In this document: positions 36,471-45,199 of the stretch, in pieces
Numbering within the stretch: position 1 is the first letter of the stretch
How the letters are laid out: the number at the start of each line of letters is the position of its first letter
Source of the DNA: an uncultured virus (IMG/VR IMGVR_UViG_3300037840_000505)
Lineage: Duplodnaviria > Heunggongvirae > Uroviricota > Caudoviricetes
Strand: one strand, 5' to 3'
Virus record (IMG/VR): IMGVR_UViG_3300037840_000505
Length of the DNA: 64,000 nt
The notes under the pieces: model-generated
Told to the model about the DNA's origin: nothing
The model's input: only the letters and a program-made list of their open reading frames with translations
The model's database searches: none
Translations under genes and position numbers: made by a program

Positions 36471-36671
36471 TCATTGTCCCAGAAGCGCCTTGGGTGCGGT
36501 CGGGGCATTGGGTGCGCCCTGGGGCGAGGTGGCGATGGTCTGGTTGGCGCTGGCCGCCGCCTGTTGCGTCTGGGCTTGTCCCGCGCCCTGGATGCCGGGA
36601 TCGGCGTAGGTCGGCGGCGGAGGCGGAGGCGGCGGCGCCGGCGGCGCCTTGGGCGGGTTGAAGATGCTCAA
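36471..36671 (-). CDS. Pro-rich small virion protein upstream of the portal
   Basis: TTGA overlap; poly-Pro tract, TIATSPQG, C-terminal KALLG. Confidence 0.7.
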   Translation of the reverse strand: MSIFNPPKAPPAPPPPPPPPTYADPGIQGAGQAQTQQAAASANQTIATSPQGAPNAPTAPKALLGQ

Positions 36672-36780
36672 CGCCACGGACTCACGAACCAGGCGATCTC
36701 GCGTTGGAAGCCGCGCAGGAACCACCAGCCGATACCGATGACGGTCAGGGCGCCGAGGGCGAAGCCAAGGAGGAGACCCG

Positions 36781-37563
36781 TCACGTCCGCATCCCGTAAT
36801 GGTCGGCATCGAGGGCCGCTCTTGGGGTCCATTGTTCTTCGCGCGGCTTTCGTTCCGGCCAGAGGCTTTGGCGCACCACGTCGCTGTCCAAGGGACGGAA
36901 GGCAGCGATCGGCAGCCCGGACATCACGAGGTAGCGCAGGCAATCCATCAGATGGTCGTTGGATTTGACGACCTTCCCCTTGTCGTCGCGGCGGTAGATG
37001 CGGAATTCGCCCATCAGGTTGACGAGGGTCGAAAATATCTTGAGCCGGCCCGACGACATCCGCGACCAGACCTCGTAGATCCCGGCCTCGACCGCGTTGT
37101 CGGCCGGGGTGATCCGCAGACCGAGGCCCTGGTACATCGTGGACAGCCGCGTCCCATCGATCTGGCTCCGGCCGCGAGCCGCCGGATCGTGCACTCCGGG
37201 TATCCAGGCGCCGCGCGCGCGGATCGCCTGGGCATGAACGGCGGGCTCGACCTCGCCCCGGTAATGCTCGGAATAAAGGTAGAGGACATCGGCTTCGGGA
37301 TCGAGCGCGCCCCAGAGCGCGGCTGTCCTGTTCCACCCGACGTCCAGGGCGTAGGCATGCTTCCAGTATTTCGGCAGCTCGAACGGCGCGCAGAGGAGAT
37401 CCTCTTCCGGCACCGGGTAGATCGCCCCCGACCCCAGCCGCGGCAGCCCGCGCATACGGGCGTCCCGTTCATGCGGCGGATAGGCTTCGGCGAGAGACTT
37501 CTTGGCTTCGGGCGAGAGATGAGGAACATCGTCCCAGCCCGCCATGACGACGTATTTGGTCAC
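36781..37563 (-). CDS. Terminase large subunit, C-terminal nuclease part (P22 gp2-like)
   Basis: WDDVPHL...YPPHERDAR..G.P.LGSGAIYP, ALDVGW, DHLMDCLRY. Confidence 0.9.
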   Translation of the reverse strand: MTKYVVMAGWDDVPHLSPEAKKSLAEAYPPHERDARMRGLPRLGSGAIYPVPEEDLLCAPFELPKYWKHAYALDVGWNRTAALWGALDPEADVLYLYSEHYRGEVEPAVHAQAIRARGAWIPGVHDPAARGRSQIDGTRLSTMYQGLGLRITPADNAVEAGIYEVWSRMSSGRLKIFSTLVNLMGEFRIYRRDDKGKVVKSNDHLMDCLRYLVMSGLPIAAFRPLDSDVVRQSLWPERKPREEQWTPRAALDADHYGMRT

Positions 37564-37564
37564 T

Positions 37565-39040
37565 CTACCAGCCCCACGCCGTCTTGCGCAGTTCCTCGGT
37601 CTCGGGGTAGGCCCCGCCGGGGAGGAAGTTGAGGACGGTCGCCGATATCCCCTGGAGCGGGGTGAAAAGGCCCATGATGAGCCCCGAGGGTTCGGCGGGG
37701 TTGGTCGACATCGTGCGGGTCAGGGTCTCGGTGTAGATGTCGAAGGGCGGCTCTTCGTCGAGCAGCGCGCCGTCGATCTTCGCCGATTGGAAGCTCTTGC
37801 GCTTCTGTTCATAGGCCTTGTAGACCAGATGCGAGCTGTAGCCGCTGTCGCGGTAGCGGATTTCCGCGAAATCAAGCGCATCGGGGATGCCGCCGCGGGT
37901 CGGCGAACGGCCGATCTTGTCGAAGGGGATGAGGCCGGTGCCGGGCTTCTCGGGCGGTCCCATCAGGGTCAACTGCATCCCTTCGCGCACCGCCTTGGCG
38001 TCTTCCCCCGCCGCCCACCAGGTTGTCGGACGCTCGAACCTGCGGCCTTCCCACCAAAGGGGATACCAGCCGGTCAAATGAAGCGCCGCCTCGTAGCATC
38101 CGGCATAGGTCTTGCCGACGCGGTTGCCGGCGATAAAGGCGCGCTCGTGGTGCTTGGCGCCGGCCTTGAAGAATTCGAGATGCTTCGGATAGAGCTCGCG
38201 CCGCAGCGGGCCTTCCTCGGGGAAGGCATCGTAGAGCGCGCGGCGTTCGGCAAGATATTCATCGAGGCTCTTGCCCTCGGCGGCCGCGGCCCTGGCGGCG
38301 TTGGCGTCGATCGTGCTGCCGCCGTATTCCGCATCGACATTGACCCGAACCCATTCGTCGCCCTTACCCCGGCTGGCCTGGCGCTGGTAGAAATTCTTCG
38401 GGAGGTAATGGCCGCCCTCGGCGAGGTGGGTGCGCCCTCCCGGTTGGCGGTAGCGCTCGATGTCCTGGCGCTTGGCGAGGAAATGGTCTTCCGCCGGCAT
38501 GCGCGAGGTGAGAATGACCCCGGACCACAGCGCATCTTCATGCAGCGAATCGGGGTAGGTTCCGGCGGCATCGATCGCGTCGGCGAGGATGTCCTCGGGA
38601 TAATGTTTCGCCCAATCGAGCCAGATCCCCGTGGTCGGCAGTTGCAGGAGCTTCTTGCGGTGCTCGGGGCGGTCGAGGCTCAGAAAGTGGATTTCGAGTT
38701 CGACCGCGACGATCCGGCCCTCGCGCTGGCCGATGCCGTAGCGCACCCAATGGGTCAGGGCTTTTTCGTCCCAGCTGCCGATATCCGTGGGGACGCGCGC
38801 CTTCCAGGCATCGATCGTCTTGCTCAATTTCGCCATGTCGGGAGCGCAGGCGAGCCAGCGCCAGCGCGGCTGAAAGAGACCCTGGCGGGCGAGCTGCTGG
38901 GGCTTCAGGATGATGTCGGCGACCGCGGTCCAGCGCCGGCCGCCCTTCATCGGACCCATCAGCGCCCGCGCGAACCCCTGGCTCTCGGCAAAGGCCGACG
39001 AGACGGGTCCGGGAGAGGTCCAGTTGAGGCTGATCGGCAT
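37565..39040 (-). CDS. Terminase large subunit, ATPase part, with an extra degenerate N-terminal terminase ATPase domain
   Basis: C-half: AGNRVGKT, HLTGWYP.WW.G, LLDEEPP, FTPLQG. N-half: GPMKGGRR, FLSLDRPE..KKLL, TGIWLDW, RQPGG...AE...LP..FY, V.AEYG. Confidence 0.88.
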   Translation of the reverse strand: MPISLNWTSPGPVSSAFAESQGFARALMGPMKGGRRWTAVADIILKPQQLARQGLFQPRWRWLACAPDMAKLSKTIDAWKARVPTDIGSWDEKALTHWVRYGIGQREGRIVAVELEIHFLSLDRPEHRKKLLQLPTTGIWLDWAKHYPEDILADAIDAAGTYPDSLHEDALWSGVILTSRMPAEDHFLAKRQDIERYRQPGGRTHLAEGGHYLPKNFYQRQASRGKGDEWVRVNVDAEYGGSTIDANAARAAAAEGKSLDEYLAERRALYDAFPEEGPLRRELYPKHLEFFKAGAKHHERAFIAGNRVGKTYAGCYEAALHLTGWYPLWWEGRRFERPTTWWAAGEDAKAVREGMQLTLMGPPEKPGTGLIPFDKIGRSPTRGGIPDALDFAEIRYRDSGYSSHLVYKAYEQKRKSFQSAKIDGALLDEEPPFDIYTETLTRTMSTNPAEPSGLIMGLFTPLQGISATVLNFLPGGAYPETEELRKTAWGW

Positions 39041-39043
39041 TTG

Positions 39044-39083
39044 ACAACAGGAAAGCCCCGCGCGGAGGACATCCGGCGGGGCT
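39044..39083 (-). terminator. GC-rich hairpin with short U-tract just upstream of the terminase start
   Basis: AGCCCCGC CGGA TGTCC TCCG C GCGGGGCT followed by TTCCTGTT; stem ends 13 nt before ATG 39040. Confidence 0.45.
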
Positions 39084-39146
39084 GGGGTGTCGATGAGATG
39101 ATCTGTCGTGGTGTCGTTACACGATGCGTCTCGCTTTCTTGAGCCA

Positions 39147-39380
39147 TCAGTGTCCGGCGGGAGGGATAGGCGAGCTTTCTGACAAAGTCAAGAGCTTCCT
39201 TTCGCGCGCGAGCCACAAGGGCATGGTCACCAGATCATTATCGCCGATCTGTATCAATTTGAGGGGGAGCCAGGTACGCCGGTCGCCCTGGATGAACTGT
39301 ACCGCCGTTCCCTTCAATGACCATTCCTTGACCCGGCCGTAGACCTGAACCGGCTCGCGGTCGCTGTCGGATCGGCGCAA
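39147..39380 (-). CDS. Small conserved phage protein (paralog of 54421..54672)
   Basis: TTG start after GGGGGAG; WLP...TMPLWLARERKL. Confidence 0.65.
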   Translation of the reverse strand: MRRSDSDREPVQVYGRVKEWSLKGTAVQFIQGDRRTWLPLKLIQIGDNDLVTMPLWLARERKLLTLSESSPIPPAGH

Positions 39381-39521
39381 GCGGTATTCTCCCCCATGAT
39401 CGGACCGGCAATTACCGGCAAGCTGGCACGCGGCACGTTTGCAGCGAGTTTCTTTCTCGCGTGTTTGGCGGTATTGGAAATGGAGGGGGTGCGGCTCGAA
39501 GACCTCTGACGGAGGAGCATC

Positions 39522-40334
39522 TTGAAACGCCCCGAAGACCCCCAGTACATACAAAAACGCCGCCAGCGTGAGCGCGAAAAGAGGGACCGCCAAAAGCACG
39601 AGGCTAATCTTGCTACGATCAACTCCATCGCTAATGAACTTGCAGCCACAAAAAAACAATCCCAATCCGACGATGATAAGCGAGCATTTCGCGAAAAGCT
39701 GACCATAGCTTTGCTCATTGCTACCGTTGTCGCCGCTGGACTCGGCGATGTGTTTTTCTATGGCCAATTGAGAGAGGCCAAAAAATTGTATGGCCCTATA
39801 GCACAGCAAGCTTCTGCCGCCTCGCAGAGCAGTAATGCTCTGATTAACTCGGAAAGAGGAAAGGTGTTTATCAACACTATCAAGCTGAAGAAGTCTACCG
39901 ATGCCGATCCCCATCCCCAGATCGATTATAGTTTCATCAACTTGGGAAGAAGTCCAATTCTGACAACAACCGTATATGCCCAATGCCAACTTATTGGGAA
40001 TGCTGTTCCGCTCACGCCAATTTACGACAAAAGCAAAGGGAGGGTGGGGCAAAATGCCGTCGGCAGTAACGCGTCCTTCGGATCGACCGGCGCATCCCCC
40101 GACTTTCCCGCGTGTATTATTAACCCTGAGATGACGGCCCAGGATTGGGAAGAGGTTACTGGGAATACCAAATTTTTCTTCCTTTCTGGATATGTTTATT
40201 ATCAAGATGCCTTTTATAAATATCGGTGGTATTTCGGAGACATTTATCGCGGCGAAATACAACTCTTCAGCACATACGGATTGCCATCGGCCTACAATGA
40301 CGAAACCCAAGAGGAATACGCCAAGGCCCGCTAG
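39522..40334 (+). CDS. Low-GC single-TM moron protein
   Basis: AT-richer sequence; charged N-terminus, TM LTIALLIATVVAAGLG, then a soluble domain; SD GGAGG. Confidence 0.75.
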   Translation: MKRPEDPQYIQKRRQREREKRDRQKHEANLATINSIANELAATKKQSQSDDDKRAFREKLTIALLIATVVAAGLGDVFFYGQLREAKKLYGPIAQQASAASQSSNALINSERGKVFINTIKLKKSTDADPHPQIDYSFINLGRSPILTTTVYAQCQLIGNAVPLTPIYDKSKGRVGQNAVGSNASFGSTGASPDFPACIINPEMTAQDWEEVTGNTKFFFLSGYVYYQDAFYKYRWYFGDIYRGEIQLFSTYGLPSAYNDETQEEYAKAR

Positions 40335-40388
40335 AACTCCTGCCTTATGAAACGACGGTCTTATGCGGGCCATCGCCCGCTCCGCGAT

Positions 40389-40562
40389 CTACTTTACCTC
40401 CGCTCTATGTGGTAACTTTTGCAATAAGACCAATGGCTTGGCGTTGATCCTTTGCGCCATAATACCGACAAACTGCGGCGATCCAATCTTTTGCCGGTTG
40501 TAATGACGGTCAGCCAGCACGCGAGCCAGCGGATCAGCCCTATGTGAATGGCACCAGTGCAT
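40389..40562 (-). pseudogene. Truncated 5' fragment of a conserved phage gene
   Basis: W..SHRADP..R.LADRHYNRQKIGSPQFV, then an abrupt change into low-GC sequence at ~40468. Confidence 0.55.
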
Positions 40563-40873
40563 TAACGTGTGTCTGCGGTTATCAGACGCGGCCCCGAAAG
40601 GAAAAATCCCCATTCCTTAGAAGCCTCATCGCCCTCGGCGATCACGGGAATGAGTATGCCAAGCTTGTCCGGCTCAGAATCTCGGCTTGGCCCGCGACTT
40701 GATGCTCCCATTGATAGGCCGCGCCCGAGATTGAGCCGTTTTTCGCAGACCTTGCAGAACACCCACACATGGAGCGAACCGACATTGCTGTCCACCATGC
40801 TCGTCATGTGAAAATTGATATCGAGGTCGCTATGCGGACATTGCGCTGAGTCCGTTCGGATGTTGGTTGGCAT
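40562..40873 (-). CDS. Hypothetical Zn-binding protein
   Basis: CPH...CKVC. Confidence 0.6.
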   Translation of the reverse strand: MPTNIRTDSAQCPHSDLDINFHMTSMVDSNVGSLHVWVFCKVCEKRLNLGRGLSMGASSRGPSRDSEPDKLGILIPVIAEGDEASKEWGFFLSGPRLITADTR

Positions 40874-41487
40874 CAGTCGTGTTCCCCGAACTTGTTGGGC
40901 TGGAAGGGCGGCTCTTCCTTGGGTTCCGGTTTGGCGGGAAGGCCGATATTGCCGGTCAGCTCATCCTCGATCCGGCCGCGCAGGGAGGTCGGCGATCTGC
41001 GCGCCTTGAGTATTTCGAGTTCGCGGGTGAGCGCTTCATCGGGCGGCAGGTCCGCAATGCGGATGCCGGCCTTCCAGCCAGCAGCCACCAAACCACTTTT
41101 TTCGTACCGAACCGGTCGCGAGGCAAACGAGACGGCCGGTTCGTCTTTGTAGGGCTCCGGCGCGCAAGGTGGCAATCCGATTACCCAGCGTAGGCGGTCG
41201 ATCGCTTCGATGATGCGGGAGGCCGTGACTTCCGGCACATCGTCGAAATCGAGCCGGCCAGTCTCAAGATCATCGCCCGTCTCGTAACCCGCAGCGGCTT
41301 TGGATGGGCACCACCAGACACAGGGGAATTCTATTTTTCCCCACTGGAGGACAAAAGCATCCGAAATATCTCCGCCCCATTTGGAGCTCGGTTCCGGCCA
41401 CCATTTCGAGGTCGGCTCCGGCCATCCGCGCTCGCGCAGACCGGCGATGACCTGATCGCGCAGGATTTCGGGTTTTGGGTCGCTCAT
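40873..41487 (-). CDS. Hypothetical protein
   Basis: 204 aa; WPEPTSKW WPEPSSKW tandem duplication. Confidence 0.6.
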   Translation of the reverse strand: MSDPKPEILRDQVIAGLRERGWPEPTSKWWPEPSSKWGGDISDAFVLQWGKIEFPCVWWCPSKAAAGYETGDDLETGRLDFDDVPEVTASRIIEAIDRLRWVIGLPPCAPEPYKDEPAVSFASRPVRYEKSGLVAAGWKAGIRIADLPPDEALTRELEILKARRSPTSLRGRIEDELTGNIGLPAKPEPKEEPPFQPNKFGEHD

Positions 41488-41726
41488 CTCAACGGCTCTC
41501 CAGGATAGATCGAAAATTGGCCGCGCACGGTTCGTTCACCCCAGCTGATAAGCCGGAGAGAGGCATTGGCATTCGTGGCCTCGATGACGAATTCGGGCCC
41601 TAACCCGAGCCAGGGTGCCGGAGTGTCCAACAGCGCTTTTACCGGCATAAGGCTGCCGGCCCGCACGATGGCCGGGGCGGCAAGGAGACCGGCGATAAAG
41701 CCTCTACGGCCTAGAACGAGCGCCAT
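41484..41726 (-). CDS. Small protein with twin-arginine-like N-terminus
   Basis: GRRGFIAGLLAAPAIVRAGSLMPVK. Confidence 0.7.
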   Translation of the reverse strand: MALVLGRRGFIAGLLAAPAIVRAGSLMPVKALLDTPAPWLGLGPEFVIEATNANASLRLISWGERTVRGQFSIYPGEPLR

Positions 41727-41986
41727 CAGATCGGCCGGTATCCAGGAAAGAGTTCCTCGATCCGGTCATAGGCGATCATCGTCGCGACTTCGGGTCCGAG
41801 GGCTTCCTGCAAGGCGAGAAGGGAGGTTGCGGCGAGGTTGACCGGAGCGTGATTGATCGCTTCACGCACCGCTGGATCGAGCTGATCGAACGCCGCCATG
41901 TCCTCGGCGAGGTCGATCGCGACCATCTTCGCGTGCTGATCGGTCGGCAGGTCGCCGCCGATGTTGGTGCCCTCGCTCAGCGCCAC
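41726..41986 (-). CDS. Hypothetical protein (DUF6525-like)
   Basis: MAAFDQLDPAVREAINHA. Confidence 0.6.
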   Translation of the reverse strand: MALSEGTNIGGDLPTDQHAKMVAIDLAEDMAAFDQLDPAVREAINHAPVNLAATSLLALQEALGPEVATMIAYDRIEELFPGYRPI

Positions 41987-42612
41987 GGTTCCTCCGGCGG
42001 CAGATTGAGGTTTATATCCCAGCGGGCGAGCCTGCCGTCAAGCCGTGATTGCAGGGTCTGGAGGGCCTTCGACCAGTCCGACCAGCGCTTCTTCGAGGCT
42101 TCGGTGAGGCTGCGCTCGACGGTTTCCTTGAGCCAGCAGACCTGGGCTTTTTTGAAGCGGTTGTTGGTCCAGCCGATGATTACCTTTCCGGTCCTGGGAT
42201 TGAGCGTCGGCCCCCATCTGCGGTAGGTGTCGAGGAAGTCGGGGCGGGTTTTCGAGCGGGCATGGTGGCGGATTTTCTCGGCGATCCTGGCAGGGAGGAG
42301 CGCCACCATCCGGGCGACGGTGTCGGCATCCTCGTCACTCACCGCCTGGATGTGGAGCGGCGCCACGCTCTTCAATTTCATCCCGGCGCAGGCTTCGGCC
42401 AATATCCAACTGCCGCGGGGGCGCCTTTTGGGCCGGGCGGTCAAGCCCTGATCCATCGAGAGCATCGGATCGACCTTCCAGGTCTGGCCACCTTCCCTCC
42501 CGGGGGAGAATGCCCAATGAAGGAGAGCCTCGATGGAGATCGATATCTTCCGCGCCGATTGGATCTCGAGCCAGGCTTCGGTCTCCGGGTCGCGGAGCAT
42601 GGGTTGGGCCAT
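41977..42612 (-). CDS. Conserved phage protein, candidate late-gene regulator by position
   Basis: ISIEALLHWAF...DADTV...HARSKTRPD; upstream of the packaging genes. Confidence 0.65.
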   Translation of the reverse strand: MAQPMLRDPETEAWLEIQSARKISISIEALLHWAFSPGREGGQTWKVDPMLSMDQGLTARPKRRPRGSWILAEACAGMKLKSVAPLHIQAVSDEDADTVARMVALLPARIAEKIRHHARSKTRPDFLDTYRRWGPTLNPRTGKVIIGWTNNRFKKAQVCWLKETVERSLTEASKKRWSDWSKALQTLQSRLDGRLARWDINLNLPPEEPWR

Positions 42613-42833
42613 CAGGCTTGTACCTTTGATTGCGGGCGCAGGACAATAATCGTGCTCCGCTCGCCCGTGTCACGCCGCGTCCAGCCCTCCGGGGAGGCAT
42701 AGAACTGGCCCCGGTAGATGTTGAGCGATCGGTCGCCGTCACTCAATTTGCCGAGGATGCCTTTCTCGGTCTCGGTTTGCGGGGTCAAGACGATCTGTTC
42801 CAGGCCGTCTTCGATGTAGAGGGCGATCTTCAT
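42612..42833 (-). CDS. Hypothetical protein
   Basis: MKIALYIEDGLEQIVLTP; coupled at both ends. Confidence 0.65.
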   Translation of the reverse strand: MKIALYIEDGLEQIVLTPQTETEKGILGKLSDGDRSLNIYRGQFYASPEGWTRRDTGERSTIIVLRPQSKVQA

Positions 42834-43120
42834 TCTGCGGCCTCCTCGTGCGCGTGCACGTGCGAGGCTTCGGGCGGCAGCATGCCGAGGGCGCGCTCAT
42901 AGACCTCGACCAGGGTCTCCTGTTCGTCGCGGCTGTCCTTGTCCATCGCCCGGTGGCGCAAGACGATGCGCATGATCTTTGGGTCGAACCCGGTCCTCTT
43001 GGCTTCCTTGAAGACCTCGGAGATGTCGGCACCGAGGGCCCTGCGCTCTTCGTGCAGGGGCTCGATCCGTTCGATAAAGGATTTGAGCCGGTCTCCGGCT
43101 ATGCCGCTGATGGTTGTCAT
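42830..43120 (-). CDS. gapR: GapR-like (DUF2312) DNA-binding protein
   Basis: LKSFIERIEPLHEERRALGADISEVFKEAKRTGFDPKIMR...YERALGM. Confidence 0.92.
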   Translation of the reverse strand: MTTISGIAGDRLKSFIERIEPLHEERRALGADISEVFKEAKRTGFDPKIMRIVLRHRAMDKDSRDEQETLVEVYERALGMLPPEASHVHAHEEAAE

Positions 43121-44157
43121 GTGGGTATCTCCGAATATTCAATCCCATCGAGGAGACGGCCGGCGGCTTTCTTGCCGACGCGGATATAGTCGCCATGGCT
43201 GTAGGCGATGATCGCGCGACCGTTGACGCTTGTCACTTCGCCATCAGGCTCGTCGACGGCCTGATATTCACCCCATTGCTTTAGGAAAAAGGCGACGCCA
43301 GCGGCTTGACATTGGTCGCGCAACGATCGAGCCCATTCCGGGTGCATCGGCCGCGCGTTGGGACCGCTCTCCCCGCCGACGATCACCCAATCGAGCTTGC
43401 CGCCAATCTTCGTGGGCGCGCCGAAATCACCCGTCTCTCCATCCGGGAAGCGCATGCGCATGGCCTCTTCGCCGCGCAATGGATAAAGGCGCCCACGCGG
43501 ACCGCGATCTAGATAATCAAGCCTCAGAGAACCGATCAGCGGTTCTGCCGAGATAAACCTCTTGGCGGCTGGGGTATCCAAGAGGAACGGGATGCGCTCG
43601 TCGGCGCGGAAATGGTCCTCGACCGATACGCCGAGCCAGACGTTTGGCAGCGGCCATTTCAGACGAGCGGGATTGTATTGCCAGTTCCCGTCGATGTGAT
43701 GGTCGAAGCACGCCGGTACCTCATGAGCGAGTTTGAAAGCCGCTGCTGTCGCTCGATCGGCCCCGGCTGTGAGGTAATCCCGCATCCGCTCGGCCCGTTT
43801 GGTCAGCACCTGGAAGGTGTGCTGGGGGCTGAGCGCCATGACGGCGAAGACCTTGTCGATCCACGCGTCGGGCACGGCTTCGTGGAAGATGTCGCCGTGC
43901 GCGCAAACGAAAATCCGCCGGGGACGTTTCCATCTGAGCGGCTGGTCGAGCCAGTCGGTGTTGAAGCGTACTTCGCCCGTCCATACCGGGCCGGCCTTGG
44001 TGTCCTGGGTGAGGCTCTGGCGCGACCAGTGATGCTTCATCCGCGTGCCGGCGAGCTTCATCGCGTAGCAGTTGGCGCAGCCCGGCGAGACGACGCTGCA
44101 TCCCGTGATCGGGTTCCAGGTGGCGTCAGTCCACTCGATCGGCGTGTTGTCAGCCAT
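43117..44157 (-). CDS. Phage Gp37/Gp68 (DUF5131) radical-SAM-like protein
   Basis: IEWTDATWNPITGCSVVSPGCANCYA, QVLTKR, NVWLGVSVE, WVIVGGESG, FFLKQWG. Confidence 0.92.
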   Translation of the reverse strand: MADNTPIEWTDATWNPITGCSVVSPGCANCYAMKLAGTRMKHHWSRQSLTQDTKAGPVWTGEVRFNTDWLDQPLRWKRPRRIFVCAHGDIFHEAVPDAWIDKVFAVMALSPQHTFQVLTKRAERMRDYLTAGADRATAAAFKLAHEVPACFDHHIDGNWQYNPARLKWPLPNVWLGVSVEDHFRADERIPFLLDTPAAKRFISAEPLIGSLRLDYLDRGPRGRLYPLRGEEAMRMRFPDGETGDFGAPTKIGGKLDWVIVGGESGPNARPMHPEWARSLRDQCQAAGVAFFLKQWGEYQAVDEPDGEVTSVNGRAIIAYSHGDYIRVGKKAAGRLLDGIEYSEIPT

Positions 44158-44422
44158 TCATCCCTCCGGCGCCGGGAATTATCCGCGGCGTCTTGCCGCT
44201 TAGCCACAAAGCGTCCGGTACTTCACCCGGCATGGCTTTGCCCCAGATGACGGCGCTCCTCGTATGGCCTCTTTGGATGTGCCAATCCTTGCCGTCGAAG
44301 GCAAAAACTTCGGTGCGGCCTGAGCTCCCGAAGACACGGACAAAACCACCGGCGGTCAGTGGCTCGGCTTCCGCTTGCGCTCTGGTCAACAAGGCATCGC
44401 GACGACGCTTGGCCTCACCCAT
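44150..44422 (-). CDS. Hypothetical protein
   Basis: MGEAKRR; SD GGAGG. Confidence 0.6.
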   Translation of the reverse strand: MGEAKRRRDALLTRAQAEAEPLTAGGFVRVFGSSGRTEVFAFDGKDWHIQRGHTRSAVIWGKAMPGEVPDALWLSGKTPRIIPGAGGMNG

Positions 44423-44679
44423 TTACGACCCTCCGAAACTCATTTTCCACAATGGCCGAAAATTTTGGAGCGATGGGGGGATGACGAGCGAAGCGCCAAT
44501 CCCCCCCCCACCCCGGCCTGCCGGCTGGCGGCCGGCGTATCCTGTTCTGCTGGCATCAAAACGTGCGCCTCATACTAGGGTAATACAGGACGGTGCAACA
44601 AAATCAATGGCTTGCGTTGACCGCTCCGCTCTTCGGGCTAACGCTGGGTTAACGCCGCTTGTGTTTGGGCGGGTCAATG
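44423..44679. promoter_or_regulatory. Non-coding region with IHF-consensus site, CtrA-like box and G/C homopolymer tracts (candidate packaging site)
   Basis: AATCAATGGCTTG (WATCAANNNNTTR) at 44602-44614; CTAA-N7-TTAAC at 44638-44653; C9 tract at 44501-44509; AAAATTTT. Confidence 0.5.
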
Positions 44680-45168
44680 TCATGACGGCATCCGCTCGAA
44701 TGTGCCTTCGAACACCGGCAATTCGCCGTCGGTCGGCGCCAATTCCTCGGATTCGGGCGCGCCTGGCGCGAAGTGCAGGCTGCGCGGCTGTTCCTGGTGG
44801 ATGTAGGGCATGACCGCGCGCCAGTTGGCGAGGTAGAGCTCGACCGCTTTCGCCGGCTCGCAACCCCAGATCCGCGCGAGCTCGGCCACCTCATCCTGAT
44901 CGAGGATGTTCTTGCCGGCGATCGCCAGCGCGCGCAGCAACGGATCCGCGAAACCAGGGTCAACCGTGTGCATCTGGCGCATGTAGAACCGCGCCATTTC
45001 GCCGGTGCGCTTGTTGCGCGAGCCTTTGGGACGCCCGGCGCCGTCGCGGTGGCCGCCGCGGCTGGCCAGATCGGGCGTGCCGAAGAGATCGGGCGCGTGC
45101 ATCGCCCGGCTGGTGTCGCCGATCGATGGCTGGACCGCTCGCGCGAGTGCTTTTCGAGGGGTGCGCAT
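44680..45168 (-). CDS. Putative terminase small subunit
   Basis: GGHRDGAGRPKGSRNKRT...VMPYIH motifs. Confidence 0.6.
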   Translation of the reverse strand: MRTPRKALARAVQPSIGDTSRAMHAPDLFGTPDLASRGGHRDGAGRPKGSRNKRTGEMARFYMRQMHTVDPGFADPLLRALAIAGKNILDQDEVAELARIWGCEPAKAVELYLANWRAVMPYIHQEQPRSLHFAPGAPESEELAPTDGELPVFEGTFERMPS

Positions 45169-45199
45169 GTTTGATATTTAGACCAATTGTTTATTCGTT

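Noticed and set aside
39381..40373. 408-aa minus-strand ORF
   Set aside because: Mostly the antisense of the moron; only the last 77 aa match a paralogous family and have their own SD.
41484..41726. True Tat-exported substrate
   Set aside because: The RRGF motif is present, but the hydrophobic core is short and there is no clear cleavage site or folded passenger domain.
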